This document shows, one piece after another, positions 10,495-23,400 of a DNA stretch of 64,000 bases. This stretch comes from Octopus sinensis (lineage: Eukaryota). Positions within the stretch are counted from its first letter, which is position 1, and each line of letters starts with the position of its first letter. Below the pieces are notes generated by a model. It was not told the DNA's origin. It worked only from the letters and a program-made list of their open reading frames with translations, and searched no databases. The stretch is from contig NC_043001.1 in NCBI RefSeq assembly GCF_006345805.1, forward strand, positions 65,658,001 to 65,722,000, in the 5' to 3' direction. The position numbers and the translations under genes are program-made.

Positions 10495-11208
10495 TTATAT
10501 TGGAGATGTACTTGCATAGCAAGTGACTTGAACTGAGGTCGTGTGCTGAAACCATTGCAGCATGGAAGGTGTTTATAAGCCATACAGACAGACATATGTA
10601 TATGTATGTATTTATCTATGCATGTATAAATACTTATTCATCTATATCTATATGTACATGATGTACATATATCTATTATATATACATGCACTTAACGAAT
10701 AATGTATCTTGAAGATTTAACACTTTGATAAGATTCAGGTCCCTCCACTCTTCATTTTATTTTCCTCTTTCTCTTTCAGTAGTTCCAGTCTACCATGATA
10801 TCACACAGTTGAATATACACCTATCGCACTAAAATGGCTCTGACATACGCAGCATGTATCCACACTTTTGACAGCCAAGACAAATTAACAAGGGAGCATA
10901 TTAAATTATGTCCACCGACGTTTGAAATTCACCCCTACATCTTAAAATTTTAGTCAAATGTTTCAATGACCTGCACATCTGTTTAGGGTTGGGGGAAAAA
11001 GCTGCCAGTTCCGGTCTGATAGTGAGATATCGTGTGTCACCACGTTTTAAAAGGATTTTCACACGAACCGGGATACCGTTTTTGGTTCTTTGAATCTCAC
11101 ACATGATCCTCAACTCCGACAATAAAACTTTTATATTTATTGTTGAAGAAACTGTCCCTGGTCGTTCACGTTACTTTCTCTTTCAACAGTGTCGTTATCT
11201 CTAAAAGT

Positions 11209-11588
11209 GGAGGCGCAATGGCCCAGTGGTTAGGGCAGCGGACTCGCGGTCGTAGGATCGCGGTTTCGATTCCCAGACCGGGCATTGTGAGTGTTTATTG
11301 AGCGAAAACACCCAAAGCTTCACGAGGCTCCTGCAGGGGGTGGTGGTGAACCCTGCTGTACTCTTTCACCACAACTTTCTCTCACTCTTTCTTCCTGTTT
11401 CTGTTGTACCTGTATTTCAAAGGGCCAGTCTTGTCACACTCTGTGTCACGCTGAATCTCCTCGAGAACTACGTTAAGGGTACACGTGTCTGTGGAGTGCT
11501 CAGCCACTTGCACGTTAATTCCACGAGCAAGCTGTTCCGTTGATCGTATCAGCTGGGACCCTCATCGTCGTAACCGACGGAGTGCTCC
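11209..11588 (+). mobile_element. tRNA-Arg-like-derived SINE, family 3, with 13-bp TSD
   Basis: Head GGCGCAATGGCCCAGTGGTTAGGGCAGCGGACTCGCGGTC...GGTTTCGATTCCC. TSD TATCTCTAAAAGT at 11196-11208 and 11589-11601. Confidence 0.92.
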
Positions 11589-12133
11589 TATCTCTAAAAG
11601 TTCCCTTTAGATCCTTCACTTCCCGTTATTATATTATTACTTCAAGAAAACCATGATTTAGTAGAACTATGAATAAAGGCATTCTAGTTGTGACCACCAC
11701 GTCTTGTTTCAGACAGAGTGAAATTGTTATTTCTATCAGTAAAATCTCAACAACCCTCAAACACCTCCTCTACTTGTTTTTTATAGATTTCTCAACTAAT
11801 TACATAATCCGATCATTTCTGGCATTTCATGTCGAAAGCTGTGTATTCATTTTCAATTTCTAGGGTTTTACCTGAAATTCTATCTAGAGTAGTCAATGGA
11901 TTAAACAAAACTATGTGCTACGCTATCACTGTCCTTTGCAGCCCAACACCTCTCCGTGTTTAACATCACCACAGTACCTTAACTGGCTTTAGCAAAGTTT
12001 GATCTGTTGCAAACATTCAAAAATTCGTCCGTCCCTTTGTTTTCATTCCACTGTCCAGGGTGTACATTGAAGCCAGTGTGGAACAACCACAGTGAGTCAT
12101 AGAAACAAATTTCTCCTTATGTATTTACCTTCA

Positions 12134-12170
12134 AGAGAGAGAGAGAGAGTGAGTGAGAGAGAGAGAGAGT

Positions 12171-12214
<44 letters not shown>
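12134..12214. repeat. (GA)n microsatellite
   Basis: Seen directly in the sequence. Confidence 0.95.
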
Positions 12215-12219
<5 letters not shown>

Positions 12220-12607
12220 CTCCCAAAAGGAAGTTTTCATGATATGCTTGAATTGCCATGGTGAGATTTGTCAGGCTACTGAAACTGTCTAAACAAATTA
12301 AACAGGCTTTTACATAGTATTATAAGCTACCTTTTACAAGTTGTCACTTGAAATCATTAATAGTCTTAAAATACCTCCGCGTTGGCGGGATTTTAACTAA
12401 TAACCTAAGAACAATAAATGAACATTTAGTCCATCGTTGTAATCACTCTCATATTCCATCACCTTGTAATGTGTCCTAACATTTACAAGGACGTAAGTTT
12501 TTCAGATGGAATAACTTTAGGTAGTACGTCGCTGGAATATTAACTCGGAACTCCAGGCACTTTATTCGATGCTCTATCGATTCGGCCGATTCATCGCCCT
12601 TCCATCA

Positions 12608-12797
12608 GCTTAGCATTGACTTCTAGCATTGGCACCATACCTAAAATATGGGGACGGTGTATGATGGGTTGAATAACCACAACCATACTATACTTTATGA
12701 AGCTCAGAAAGATTAGATATAATTGGACTCAGAACGGAGAGACACCTTAAGGCATTTTTTGTCTGACACTCTAGCGATTTTACCAACGCAACGCCTT
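12608..12797 (-). mobile_element. Decayed SINE family 2 copy, left boundary of the (AAT)n nest
   Basis: TTGGCAC...TTGGACTCAGAACG...TAAGGCATTTT...CGCCTT follows the family 2 layout. Confidence 0.55.
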
Positions 12798-12799
12798 CG

Positions 12800-12855
<56 letters not shown>

Positions 12856-12888
12856 TGATGATGATGATTATTATTATTATTATTATTA

Positions 12889-12922
<34 letters not shown>

Positions 12923-12933
12923 ATTATCATTAT

Positions 12934-15900
12934 TTCATTTATTGGCCACCAGGGCCAATACAGTAGACATGGACAGAGGTTTTTTTGCACAAAACAACGA
13001 GTACAAAATTAAAACAATAAAAATAATATCAAACAAAAAGAATATAACAATGAAAGTTCTCCAGTAGGCGGGGTAACTACCTGGAGTTGACTCAGGTATC
13101 CCACCAATCCTGACCCACTTGACGCTTCGAGGGCATCCGGGAAGGGCACCGTTCTCCCTCTCAAATTCACTAGCCTACAGGCGCATTATTAGAGTAGGTC
13201 CACTCACACGGGTCATTTTCGCTACATTCACCCACCTTTTAACAAATGTACTGGGAGGCAGCACTCTCCCCGCCCTAATCTTCCTTTCCAAGTGAAAGTT
13301 GAAAAAAGTTGATGAAGGATTGGCCGAAAAGAAAAATGTTGGTCTTCAGTCCGTTCAACCTGGCCCACCGCTACTGCTATCAGACAAAGGAAAATTGCCT
13401 GCCCTTCTGGACCAGTGGAAGGCGGCGGATCGATCTTCGCTATGGGCTTCAGCTGATAGCCGGATCCATTTTACACATGATAACACTGTTCTGCATAACT
13501 CCAGAAGTTAGTAATGCAAGGACATTGGATGAGTGCGTGCAGAACGGTTTTGTCGGTCTGCGTGCATCTAGGGCAGGACCGTCTGACAGCATTTCCGTGC
13601 CTGTAGAATTTATCTCGAACCGGCAGTGCCCCCCGCTAGCACTGCTACGCAAGGGATTTCTGGAAGTTATTCTTCGTCTCCGCTTCGAAAGTCTTCCTGA
13701 ACAAACTGGTCAGTTCGACTTCGTCAACCCCAAGCGTCTCTCCAAGTGCGTCAACGCTCTTTCCCTCCACTAACCCTTTATAGAACTCAAGAGTGGATGT
13801 TCCACTGAGCGCCTTGCCCGACTGTTAAAGAGCAGTGAGTTCCTGGCAACATTCCAGATGCCAGTCACCCTGCCTCGGTCTATTCTTTACCTATGACTGC
13901 AGCTCAGTCAAGGAGACGAGTTGGAGAAAGGCCAAATTGATAAACGGTGACCACAGCTGTTCACCGCTTAGGCAGAATATTTGGAGATCCTGCAGCCTCA
14001 GCCCACGTCTGCTCATCATTAGCCACGGCACACACAGCCCTCCGCGCAGAAGGTGTTGGCAGCAGATGGAGCTCTACTTGGCGAGGCTCGAACGGGGGCA
14101 AGATACGACCGTCAAGCGGTAGTAGAAGACGGATGTGATGAACGTATTCGCCACCTCCACCCGACCTTTTAAAGACAGCTTCCTCATAGCTCATTTCTGG
14201 ATGAGACTGGCTACCCTATTCGTCACCTCGTATCAATTTTATCCACCTGGAGGTCTGCTCCGAACCAAACCCCAAGCAACTTTACCAGTCCGTCCGTCCA
14301 GCGCCTAATGACTCTGTTTGATGGCATAGACTTGCCTCTCCAGGTGCCGAGTTGTAAGCCCACCAACTTTCCTGGGTTAAGTTTTTCTCTCGTCAATTTT
14401 TCATATTTCTCCAATGATGTGCTGATCACCTCAATTTCTGAGGTGATCGACACCATCACGGTGATGTTGTCCGCATACGCCGACATAGCCCTCCTGCGTT
14501 CCGGTTCGTGCGGGATGCTCGAGTCAGTACGCACAGAAGGGAGGAGAGAGGGCACACTTGAGATCTGAAACGGTTCCGAGAGGTGGCCATTAACTTTGAC
14601 CACCGAACAGATGCTGCTGTGCACTGCATCGATCCAACCCCTGAAGACGGGGCCAGCTACTTTTAGGACAGCCTCTAGATATTGATGGTCGACCATATCG
14701 AATGATTTCGATTGATCTACATTGATCAGCGCCTCACCGAAACCAGGCTTACACCCTACCCTTCCTATGATGTATTGCAGGAGATGGAGGCTGTCGTGTA
14801 TGGATCTAGTCGTGGTTGCGCAGGTTTGTGCCTCTCCAACCAAATCCTCGACGACAAGCATCAACCTCTTTGCTAATACCTTGACCAAAATTTTAACCTC
14901 AGTGTTCCCGGCTCACAGAACTGGGAATACTCCGGTTCTGCTGTCAGTTGCAGTAGAGCGCTTCGAGGAAATCGGAGAACAAGTCTGGCATATTTACGTA
15001 AAGTTCATATGGAAGACCATCTAAACCGGTGAACTTATGTCTCGTACAGCCGACAAGGGCATCCTGAATTTTGGCTGAAGTTATCGGTCTTTCACAGCGT
15101 ACAGCGTCGGCCATCGAGAGACGCGACAAGGGACTGAAGGTAGGGACTGAAGTCCGCCACCATCTCCGCCCCGCTACTTTCTCCGAACAACCGAGCAAAG
15201 TGTTGGCGAAAGACCTCACACATCTGCCTGGAATCGTTCAGCTCGTGACTGTCTCGGTCCATCAAAGACCGAATTGTGATGATGCTACCACGCTACGCCT
15301 CCACCACGCGGGCCCATCAAGCAGCTTTGATCTCCTCGTTTCTTAGAGCACACGCCTTAGCTTTGTCAATGTCTCGCATTGAAGAATTGGTGTAATGTCA
15401 TTCTCACCGATAGCACGTCGGTTTCCATGCCACTGCATGTGGCCTCGTCTAATTTAGCTACTAATCCCTCCTCTTTTCTATTTTTTTCTAACGTTATTTC
15501 TTTGCTAAACCCTGTCGATATTAATCTAATCTCTCTTTTGAGAGCCGCACACCACCTTTTGTTGAAGATTCCCCCTGTCAACATTTGCTTAACTAAATTG
15601 TTGACCCGGTCCCTGTAAGCCTTACGTACCGGAAACGACATGTTCAGCTTCCAGTAGATCTTAACCCACGCGTTCTATCTAGGTCGATCTCACAGATTAC
15701 AAAATTATGGTCTGAATTGGCGACCGTTTTAAAAAGTGGACATCCTACACTATTACTATCTATTTTCCTAGTGAAAATTCTATCTATATACGATCTAGAT
15801 GAGCCTAAGCTGTTGGTCCAGGTCCACACTGGCGCATTAGGGAAATCTCGTCGGTACCTGTCAGACAATCTGAACTGGATGGTCATGTGCTTCAGGCTTT

Positions 15901-18085
15901 TGCACCCCTCTCTTATGCGATACAATCCCAGCGTTGGGCTAAGATTCCATTCCAGTCCCCTACAAACAGTAAAGGGCGAGAGTACTTAGAATGGATTCCA
16001 GACGCCTAAAGAGATCAGGCCGTTTGGCTCCGGTAGGATCGTAAACGATTACCAGTCTAAAGACACTACCTTCATTATTGTTCACATCGAGGACTACCAA
16101 TTTCCCATCGAACTTACCTCGCGATCTAGTTCTTTCTTAAATAGCACTATCACTCCATCTCCCATTCCCGACCGACTAACAGATGCAAAGGTCTGATAGT
16201 CGTCGGACACGGGGACCAGTGCTCGTGTATTAGAAATCCTGGTCTCACTGACAGAAATTATATCCAATTCTAGAGACTTTAGGTCGTTGAGCAGGCGACC
16301 TTGCTTCCAGGGCGTCCCCAGGCCTTGAAAGTTTAGAAATCCTACACTTAATATGGCCATGTTGGCAAGCAAAAGAGAGAAGGGAAAGGTTTACTTATCT
16401 CTAATGAAGTTCGGGTGCTTCGACTGCCATAATTAGTGGGGGATTTTTTTGGGAACCCATTTAAGAGCCTTGATGTGCGTCTCACATTCGGGGTTCTCAC
16501 TTTCTCCGGAAAGCTCTCTCAAATGTTTGGATAGGAATCGACCGACATTGGCACCAGAAGTAAATCTGGTACACGAAATGTGCTCAATTCAAATATGTTT
16601 CAAATTCAATGTTTTATGTTACGAGGGCCATCAGCTCTTCGATATCGCTTCTGATGAGTATGAAGTTGAGTGTTTTGTGTTGGTATTATTTAATTTGTTT
16701 GCTTGACTGTGGTGATGGTCTTGTTGTTGTTTCTGCTGTGTTTGCTGTGTTTGTGTGTGCTGTCAGTTTTAGATGTTTGTGTGAGTGTTTGTTCTTTGCC
16801 TTTGACTCCTTGCAATTTGTATTAGTTGGGTGCAGCGAGCTCGCAAATGAGTCGTTTCTCCACACGCGAAGCAATGCGGCCTTTTGCCCTCAGTCAGGAT
16901 ATGTATCACCGTACCGTTCTGGAGACGGTGTGGTCTGGGATTTTTTTAATACTTTCGGGTCTGATCAGGAAAAGCATCTCCAGGTCCGCCTCGCACCAGT
17001 CCTCCTTGGTAGTTCTTGTCCCCTCTGTCGGGACTGTATCCGTCCCTCCACGATTACGCATCCCAAATATCAAGTCCTGGTGGGATCCTAGGAATACAGG
17101 CATGTGCTGTTTCCCCGTGTGGGAGGGTGGGTACATTAATGATTTTGCTGGTTTTGCAAGGGGTCATTGAATGTTTCATATCGAGAGCTTCTGACTTAAG
17201 CAGCACCGAAATGGTACCGTATTGGTTGTCCCTCGCTCGATGTCATCTCTGATGTACCTTAACGCCGCTTCAGTATCGACTTGGACTATTAAAGCTGCTC
17301 TTTTCGTCTCTACTGAGATGCATCTGGAAAGCACCGTTTTCCTCTCCACTGCTTAAATTGCCTCTGACGAAATAGTTAGATTGGACTGTTTTTCTTGTCT
17401 AATGTTTCCATGTCTGCGTCAGCCTTTCACTCCTATTTGTAAGGCTCACGGTAATGCGTTGTTTCTTTTCCGCTGCCGCTGTCGCGAACGGGCTTTTGTT
17501 GTTGGTAATGTCCTCGCTGTTGTTGGTTGTTGTTGCTGTTGTAACGTTTGCTATCATTGTTGCTGTTGTTGTTATCGCTACTGCTGCAGCTGTTGCTGTC
17601 TCTTTCGTTATGATTGTTGCTACCACTACTACTGCTGCTGCGGCTGCTACTGTTGTCACTGCTACCGCAGTTACTGTTGCTGCCACTATTACTGTTACAA
17701 GGTGGACTTTCTTCTGTAATAGTCTCGTTTTTCTCCTCCCCTTCTCCGGTATTGTTGCCAGTAACGGACAGAAGGGGAGGGAAATCTTCAGCAGTCACTA
17801 AAATCATGGGAGGGGTTGTTTTCTTTATTCTCATTTCTTTCAAGACGCACTCCGCCATCTTGTTGAGTTATGTTTGTTTAAATCACCGAACATATTTGGT
17901 GGGCCGAATATAGCCCCCACAGGGGCTTAAACAACCGTAGAAAACCAGTAACAGGTACATAGTGTTTCTATTGACAACGTGAAATAAAATAAATAATACA
18001 AATAAGAACCAAATCGGTGTAAATAAATGTTTTAAGCTGCACCTACCTGGAGCGTTTGAAAACACGTCTTATGTATTCCGCGGTC
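12934..18085 (-). mobile_element. Tx1/L1-clade LINE copy A: full-length, heavily decayed (ORF2 ~13175-16360, ORF1 ~16390-17858)
   Basis: Fragmented homologs of the copy E proteins: GFLNFQGLGTPWKQG, SYIDRIF, SDH, DQSKSFD, AYADN, LLGVWFG. 3' end ATTGGCCACCAGGG. Microsatellite on both sides. Confidence 0.9.
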
Positions 18086-18108
18086 AATAGTAATGATGAT
18101 GATGATGA

Positions 18109-18335
<227 letters not shown>

Positions 18336-18411
18336 TATTATTATAATAGTCGGTTGCAGGGACCAAAATGAAGGAACTTGAACTATAATAATAATAATAA
18401 TAATAATAATG

Positions 18412-21400
18412 ATTTCTCTTATTTGCCACAAGGGCGAATGTTGAAGGGGACAATACAAAGACAGACATAAAGTGTTGGGGTTTATATATGATGGAATGAT
18501 GAAATAAAAATCAAACACGGTATACATTAGAAGAAGAGAAGTATTCATAGTATACGAACTAGAAGAAGAGGAAGAAAAAGTGATAATGATGGAAACCCCT
18601 GATAATGATGGAAACCCCTGATACAGGAAGACTTCCGGGGATAATCGAGGAACCCCACCATCCAAGATTACCCTGAATACCAAGGACGAGTGTCCTCTCC
18701 AACTTCTTTCTTCCGACTCACAGGTCTACACTGAGAGCAGTACTACCCACACTTGCCATTTTCGCACCTTTTACCCACCTTTTCATAAATTCACTCGAGG
18801 ACATCACCTCCCTCTCCACTCTCACATTCCTTTTCAAGTGAAACTTGAAAAAGTCCACGAGGGATTTACCAGAGGAATGTTTCTATCCTCATTCCTTTCA
18901 GCCTCGTCCAACAGATAACCTCTATCGCTACAGCCACCAGACAAAGGAAAATTGCATTGACTGCTCAATTAAAGAAGGGTGGCGGGGTAATCATCACTAT
19001 AGACTTGGCCGACAGACGGATCCATCCCACACGCGACAGTAGCTGTTTGACATTACTCCACAAGTCAGCAATGCTCGGACACTGAACGAGTGCATGCAGA
19101 ACAGATTCGTCGCTCTGCGAGCACCTCGGACAAGACCGTCCGACAGCACATCCGTGCCTGTAGAGTTTATCTCGAACCGGTAGCACCCCCTAGTAGCAAT
19201 GCCAGGCCCAAAACATCTGGAAATTGTCCATAAGTCCCCGACCGGAAAGTCCTCCGGAATAGACTTGCCAGTTCATCCTCGTCGACGCCTAGGTCTCCCC
19301 GATGATGTTGTCACAATTCCCCGCTACTAATCCTCTGTATATAGCTAAAGTGGAACCTCCACCGATCCTATTGCCTGACTTGTAGAGGACAGTGAGCGCC
19401 TAATGACATTCTAAGTGTCAGGCGCCCAGTCTCAGCCTAACTTTTACTCATGACTGCAGCTCCATCAAGGAGCCCACACTTTCACTTTCTAGAAATCGTT
19501 GCAGGTGGCTCAACCTGAGTATGTGTCTGCACATCAAAAGCCATGACATGTCTAAGCTGCCACGCAGAGGGAGTTGGCAAAAGACTGATTGTCTGACCAT
19601 TGGAACGCGTCTCTTCCACAAGAAAATAAACAGGATACGCTCTAATCTAATCAAGCAGTAACTGGAGCTAGGAACGACAGTCAGACGATAACTAATGACA
19701 GAGGCGATGTAGGCATTCGCCACCTCTGCCTGACCTTTCAGGGACAATTTCCTCTCCGCCTGCTTCTCGGTAAGACAGGTCACATCTTCCCAATTATTAT
19801 CTACTTGGAGTCGGCCGAACCAAACCCACAGCAGTTTAACTGGTCTGTCAGTCTAGCGTCCAACGACGGCATCGATCTGCTTTTCCAGGTGCCCACTCGC
19901 AATCCCACTGACTTGTCAGTGTTGATTTTGATCCCTGCAACCGATTCATATTCCCTTACAATAGAGCTGACTATCTATACTTCAGAGGCGTCCGACATCA
20001 TGACGGTGACGTCGTCCGTGTAAGCCGACACTGCCCTCCTGAATACAATTTCGAAAGGGAAGCTTCTTAACTAATCCAACTTCCACAGTTCGAGAGCCAG
20101 CACATACAGAAGAGGTGACAGTGGGCGGCCCTGACAAACCAAACGTACGATACTAAACGGTTCTGATAGGTGGTCATTTGACCGCCGAGCAAGTGCTGCT
20201 GTGCATTGCAGTAATCCAGCCTCTGAAAACAAGTCCGGCACCGGCCGCTTTAAGGACGATTACCAAGTAGCGATGGTTGACCTTATCGAAAGCTTTCAAC
20301 TCATCTAAATTGATCAGGGCCCCATCGAAGCCACGTTAGTCCCAGCCCTCTCTACGATGTTTCGCATAAGGTGAAATTGCGCACGTTTGGGACTCCCCGA
20401 CCAGACTACCGATGATACCTCGGCCAAAACCTTAAACTCTGTGTTTAGCAGAGTTCTGGGCCGAAAATTCCCTAGTGCGTCCACATTTTCGACGTCCGTT
20501 CTCAGCAGTGTTGCCACACCCCGGCTAACAGCACTAGAAATTCTCCCGTTCTGTTGCCAGTTACTGTAGACATCTGACAAGAGGTTGTCAAGCAAATCTG
20601 GCATGAATACATAGGATTCGTGGGGTAGACCATCCAAACCGGGTGATTTGCGACTTGTGCAATCGCTCATCGCCTCCCTGATTTCAGTGGCTGTAATCGG
20701 CTTTTCGCAGAATCTCGCATCTGTTACCGAGAGCCGTGGTAGGCCGTCCAGGTACAAAGCAAAGTCTGCTACTGTCGTCGACCCATCACCCTCCACAAAC
20801 AGCCGTGCGAAGTGATGCTGAAAAGCCGCCTGCATTTGCTCAGAACCGAGCAGCACGCGCCCATCCTGATCCGTCAAATACTTGATCGTAGTCTTGTCTC
20901 CACGTCGCGTCTCTACCGTTCGAGCTTTAGTTCCTTCGTGTTTTAGTGCTCTGACAACGTACCCGTCATGTTTCGCCTCAAGGAAATGGTCAAGGGCCAT
21001 CCTCGTCGCTAATACATCGGTCGCGATGCCTTTACTAATAGCGTATTCTAGTTTTCCAACTAGTTTCCCTACTAGTTCTCCCTCTAATCTATTTCTTTCT
21101 ATTGCTAAATCGTTGCTAAACGCTATAGATTCTACTCTAATCACACTCTTCAGAGCGATACACTACCGGTTGTTGACGATTGCTCCCATTAACTGCCGCT
21201 TAACTAGTTCACTCATCCGGTCACTGTAGTCTTTACGAGTCGGTAAGAATGCATTCAACTTTCAGTAACCTGTCTACAGGTTCTATCTAAATCGACTGTG
21301 CATATCACAAATTTGTGATATGTGTAGCTGACCAATTTAAATTGTGGACAACCTATGCTATCCCTATCCTCTGACTTAAAAAATACTCTATCTAAATATG

Positions 21401-23135
21401 ATCTGGATGACTCATTGTGGCTGCTCCATTCCCACACTGGTACATCAGGGAAATCCAGTCGGTACCTGTCAGAAAGCTGGAAAGTTCTGAGCAGGTTTTC
21501 TAGGCTTTTGCACCCGCTTCTGCGTGCGTAAAAAATACTATTCCGGTCCTCCAGTAGTACCAAAGTGCGAGACGTTCCCAAGAATGTTTCTAGACGCCTG
21601 AAGAAATCTGTGTTTCCAGCTCCTGTTGGGGCATAAACCGCCACCAGTCTAAAGGTGCCACCTTCACTGCCATTCATGTCCAGGACCACCATCCCACCAT
21701 CCAAGTCCAGGAAGATAGCCCGTACTTGGAGACCTAAGGATTTCCGGAGGAGCACTGTTACACCACCATCCGATCCCGTTAGGCCACAAGTTGAGAATAC
21801 CTCGTAGTCCTCAAAGATGGATGTTAATGCGTGTTTTCTCCGGAAAACACGCATTATGCTAGTCGGAGAAAATCACCTTGATTTTCGAGAAGTCTGGAAG
21901 TTTCAGACCTCTCTACTGCCAAAATATTTTTAAAAGGCCATTGATCATTCAGCTCTTCTTTCTCCATGCCATTGCAGTTGATGTTGGTTTGGGAGGTAGA
22001 GTATTGAGGAGAAGCTTGTTTTTCCGTGGCAACTGGAGGTAGACTGCTTCTTTGTCTTGGTTTGGAAGTGGGTGTGTGCATGGGTGTTGGTGTAGGTGTA
22101 GGAGTCTTGAGCACTTGTTCATGATTTTGTGTTTGTGGTGTTTGTAGTGTTGGTAGCAGTGGGAATTTATCTTTTTGTGTTTTAAGGCAGAAAGTCTTTA
22201 AGTGAATTACAGATCGACATATGTGGCATCTTGGCTTTCTACCCTCCACTAACACCGACAGGTGAGTACTATCCGAGAGAGCGATTAAATCGAGTAGCTG
22301 ATCGATATGTTCCTGCTCAGATTGTAAAGTCAGTTCCATGCCTGTACCAGACCAGTTTTGCTTGAGTATTTTCTTGACCTCCAATATTGTCACTTCGTCT
22401 TCTAGACTTGCCAGGACGACCGCCTCTAACCAGGTGATGGATATTTCTGGTGGCATATTCAACACCATAATCTTGGAAAGTCACTGACCGCGATGGCTAG
22501 AGATTAAGAAGTTGTCATTCTTCAAAGTATGTGACTGTGCATCTTAATATGTTCTCTATCACTTCAGATGGAGGGTTCTTTTTAGAATTTTCTTTGCCAT
22601 TTTTAAATCTTCATCTATGTAGAAAAGTTCCATATTTCTCACCGCAAGCGCAAAAGAAGCGGAGATGATATTCGCGTTTTTATGCTTCATTTCTTTCGTA
22701 TTGTTGTTGTAGTTGTTGTTGTTGTAGTTACTGTTGCTGTCACTGCTGCTGATGTTGCTGTTGTTGGCGACATTGAAAGTTTTGACGTTGCTTAGAGACA
22801 AAACATTATTTGCCTCGGTGATGTCATTAAGTTTAGGGCATTCGATATTCTTGTTTTCATTCTTTACCGACGAGGAACGCGTTTCTTTGTCGAACATTAT
22901 GATGGCTTCTTTATCAGTAAAATATTATTTTTTTCGAAAGTTGTTGAAATTAAAAAAATATTGATACGCACCTGTACTGTTTCTACACAAAAATACTATC
23001 TGTGCAGTCCAGAAAGTCCCAGAAACATAATGGTAACAATAAAATGAAAAACAAAGCGACCTTAGAAGGCCGAAAAGATTGCAAACACTATTTCAACTTA
23101 CGGAGCTCCAAATTTCCGTGTCTTTAATAACAACA
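18412..23135 (-). mobile_element. Tx1/L1-clade LINE copy B: decayed, with a deletion across the ORF1/ORF2 boundary (~21855)
   Basis: ORF1 zinc knuckle CHICRSVIHLKTFC. ORF2 pieces SYLDRVF, KSPGLDGLP, NFRP, CPRCSQSDESVLHALVQC. Confidence 0.9.
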
Positions 23136-23156
23136 ACAACAACAACAACAACAATG

Positions 23157-23212
<56 letters not shown>

Positions 23213-23220
23213 TAATAATA

Positions 23221-23381
23221 GAAGTACGTGGAACAAATAGGGGCTGCAATAAGGGTGGAGCACTTACAGAAAACAGCACTGCTTGTGAGGTGCTCGAAAA
23301 ATAAAAGGCTTTACCTTAGTTCACTGGTAATGAACAGCTGACACTGTACTACATCACCAGCGTTTGAAGCTGCGCAAAGGC
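23221..23381 (+). mobile_element. 3'-terminal fragment of a second R4/Dong-type LINE in (AAT)n
   Basis: Translates KYVEQIGAAIRVEHLQKTALL, compare IQKIALLGTAHILRR at the end of the 39.8 kb ORF. Short 3' UTR followed by (AAT)n. Confidence 0.7.
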
Positions 23382-23400
23382 AATAATAATAATAATAATT

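Noticed and set aside
11209-11285. Functional tRNA-Arg gene
   Set aside because: It is the head of a TSD-flanked SINE, with imperfect stems and no Pol III terminator.
18582-18622. 19-bp tandem duplication GATAATGATGGAAACCCCT in the copy B 3' UTR
   Set aside because: Ordinary slippage duplication.
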